Shown here: positions 24,382 to 25,534 of the stretch, piece after piece
Layout: each line of letters starts with the position of its first letter
Position numbering within the stretch: position 1 is the stretch's first letter
Virus record (IMG/VR): IMGVR_UViG_3300037422_000108
Location: 1-25,534 of that record
Strand: one strand, 5' to 3'
DNA: 25,534 bases
Source of the DNA: a virus
Taxonomy: Duplodnaviria; Caudoviricetes
Made by a program: the position numbers and the translations under genes
The notes under the pieces: generated by a model
What the model saw: only the letters and a program-made list of their open reading frames with translations
Told to the model about the DNA's origin: nothing
Databases searched by the model: none

Positions 24382-25534
24382 GTCAACGGAACTGACGACC
24401 TTTACCGACCAACTGGTGACCAGGGGGGCATGGACCCGGGAGGCCATTGACCTTGTCAAGCGAACCTGCGCGGCTGACTCAACGGACGCAGAGCTTGCCA
24501 TGTTCCTGCACATATGTAAGACGGCTGGACTAGACCCTCTGCAGGGGCAGGCTCATTTCATAAAGACCAGGGACGGCAAGGTGGGGGTCAAGGCGGGCGT
24601 GGATGGGATGCAGGCCAGGGCGGAGGAATTTGAGGACTACGAAGGCACGCAGGTTTTCGATATCTGCGACAAGGACGACTTTGCCTTTGACGCCCTAAAG
24701 GGGGAGCCGGTCAAGCACGTCATGCCGCTACAGCGTGGCAACATCGTGGGGGCCTGGGCCAGGGTCGTGAGGAAAGGGATGATGCCATTTGTCTCGATTG
24801 TCAGAATGTCTGAATACTCCAGGCCGGGACGAGAGGGCAGGAAGTCGAACTGGGACATCATGCCTGGGGTGATGATAAAGAAGGTAGCCAGGGACACGGC
24901 CCTGAGGATGGCCTTTCCAAAACCATTCAGCGGAGTCTATGGGTCGGCAGAGATAGCGGAGGAAGGCGTGCCACAGACCTTTGATGAAATGAAATCGGTT
25001 TTTGAGCAGGAGAGGAAGCACTGGGCCACAGCCGAGGAATGGGGGGAGATCGCGGAGAAGGCCCTTGGTGCGGACGAGGTAAGGAAAATAACCAACTGGA
25101 CGCAGATGAGCGTCAGGGATATGTCCATGGTGGTTCAGGAGTCCAGGCGCAGGCGCCAGAAGGCGACAGAGCCGGTGGTAGAAGTGCCACAGGCCAGCCA
25201 GATTTTGGAGGCCAAGGCCGAGCCAGCCAAGCCAGAGCCAGACCCGGAGCCAGAGGCCGAGCCTCAGGGGAGGAAGGAAAAGGTTTTTCTGTCAGCGGCT
25301 CAGATAGGGGCCATCGAGGCGGAGCGCACACGGATAGGAGAGGACCAGTTCAGGTCCTGGTGGGGCAGGCTGTACGGGATGAGGCACATAGGCGACCTGT
25401 CCGACAAGGAGGCTTCTGAGTTTGTGGAAACACTAAAGACCGTCCAGACTATAAAGCACTGCGCCACCTGCAAGGCCGTCGTGGAAGCGGGCTACGCCAA
25501 GATGTTTGAGGAAAAGGGCATGACTGTAACGTGC
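24362..25534 (+). CDS. bet: Bet/RecT-family ssDNA annealing protein, 3'-truncated by the window (absent from ORF track)
   Basis: Manual translation from TTG 24362 (GGAGGT SD): 'WTREAIDLVKRTCAADSTDAELAMFLHICKTAGLDPLQGQAHFIK..GVDGMQARA..DYEG..IVGAWARVVRKG..SEY..NWDIMPGVMIKKVARDTALRMAFP..SGVY..E'. No stop to the window end. Confidence 0.92.
   Translation, partial: MATPGSKSTELTTFTDQLVTRGAWTREAIDLVKRTCAADSTDAELAMFLHICKTAGLDPLQGQAHFIKTRDGKVGVKAGVDGMQARAEEFEDYEGTQVFDICDKDDFAFDALKGEPVKHVMPLQRGNIVGAWARVVRKGMMPFVSIVRMSEYSRPGREGRKSNWDIMPGVMIKKVARDTALRMAFPKPFSGVYGSAEIAEEGVPQTFDEMKSVFEQERKHWATAEEWGEIAEKALGADEVRKITNWTQMSVRDMSMVVQESRRRRQKATEPVVEVPQASQILEAKAEPAKPEPDPEPEAEPQGRKEKVFLSAAQIGAIEAERTRIGEDQFRSWWGRLYGMRHIGDLSDKEASEFVETLKTVQTIKHCATCKAVVEAGYAKMFEEKGMTVTC

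Larger units (their letters stand above)
1..25534 (+). mobile_element. Tailed dsDNA phage (Caudoviricetes) genome segment, podovirus-like packaging/morphogenesis/lysis module plus start of early region
   Basis: TerL, portal, scaffold, MCP, adaptor, nozzle, ejection-like proteins, lysis genes and Bet in canonical order on one strand, many with overlapping stop/start codons (TAATG, TGATG, ATGA). No tape measure or sheath gene. No host genes or integrase, so prophage vs free phage cannot be decided. Confidence 0.96.

Noticed and set aside
326-25331. Numerous minus-strand and alternate-frame ORFs (e.g. 3914..4765, 11877..12737, 18278..18931, 25039..25419)
   Set aside because: They overlap well-supported + strand genes, have low-information S/P/R/L-rich composition and show no motifs; expected shadows in GC-rich DNA.

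Overview
The whole window is a co-oriented (+ strand), tightly packed segment of a tailed dsDNA phage (Caudoviricetes) with podovirus-type organisation. Gene order: TerS-like, TerL, portal, FmdB-type Zn-ribbon protein, scaffold, major capsid protein, decoration protein, a cluster of small beta-rich or exported accessory proteins, head-tail adaptor, a 1216-aa nozzle with nested inserted domains, putative ejection proteins, and a lysis cassette (lysozyme-like endolysin, holin, spanin-like protein). A small basic protein and a terminator follow, then a sigma70-type early promoter with operator-like repeats driving an HTH protein, a hypothetical protein and a 3'-truncated Bet/RecT annealase that is missing from the ORF track. 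No integrase, host genes, CRISPR array, reverse transcriptase or tape measure protein is visible. Most unusual: (i) a divergent initiator-like tRNA-Met(CAT) structure between endolysin and holin; (ii) signal-peptide and Pro/Thr-linker proteins inside the virion module; (iii) nested domain insertions in the nozzle in place of a recognisable tail fibre gene; (iv) a single-chain, two-anchor spanin candidate; (v) internal promoters that would give leaderless mRNAs. All product calls come from motif recognition and synteny by eye, not from database searches.
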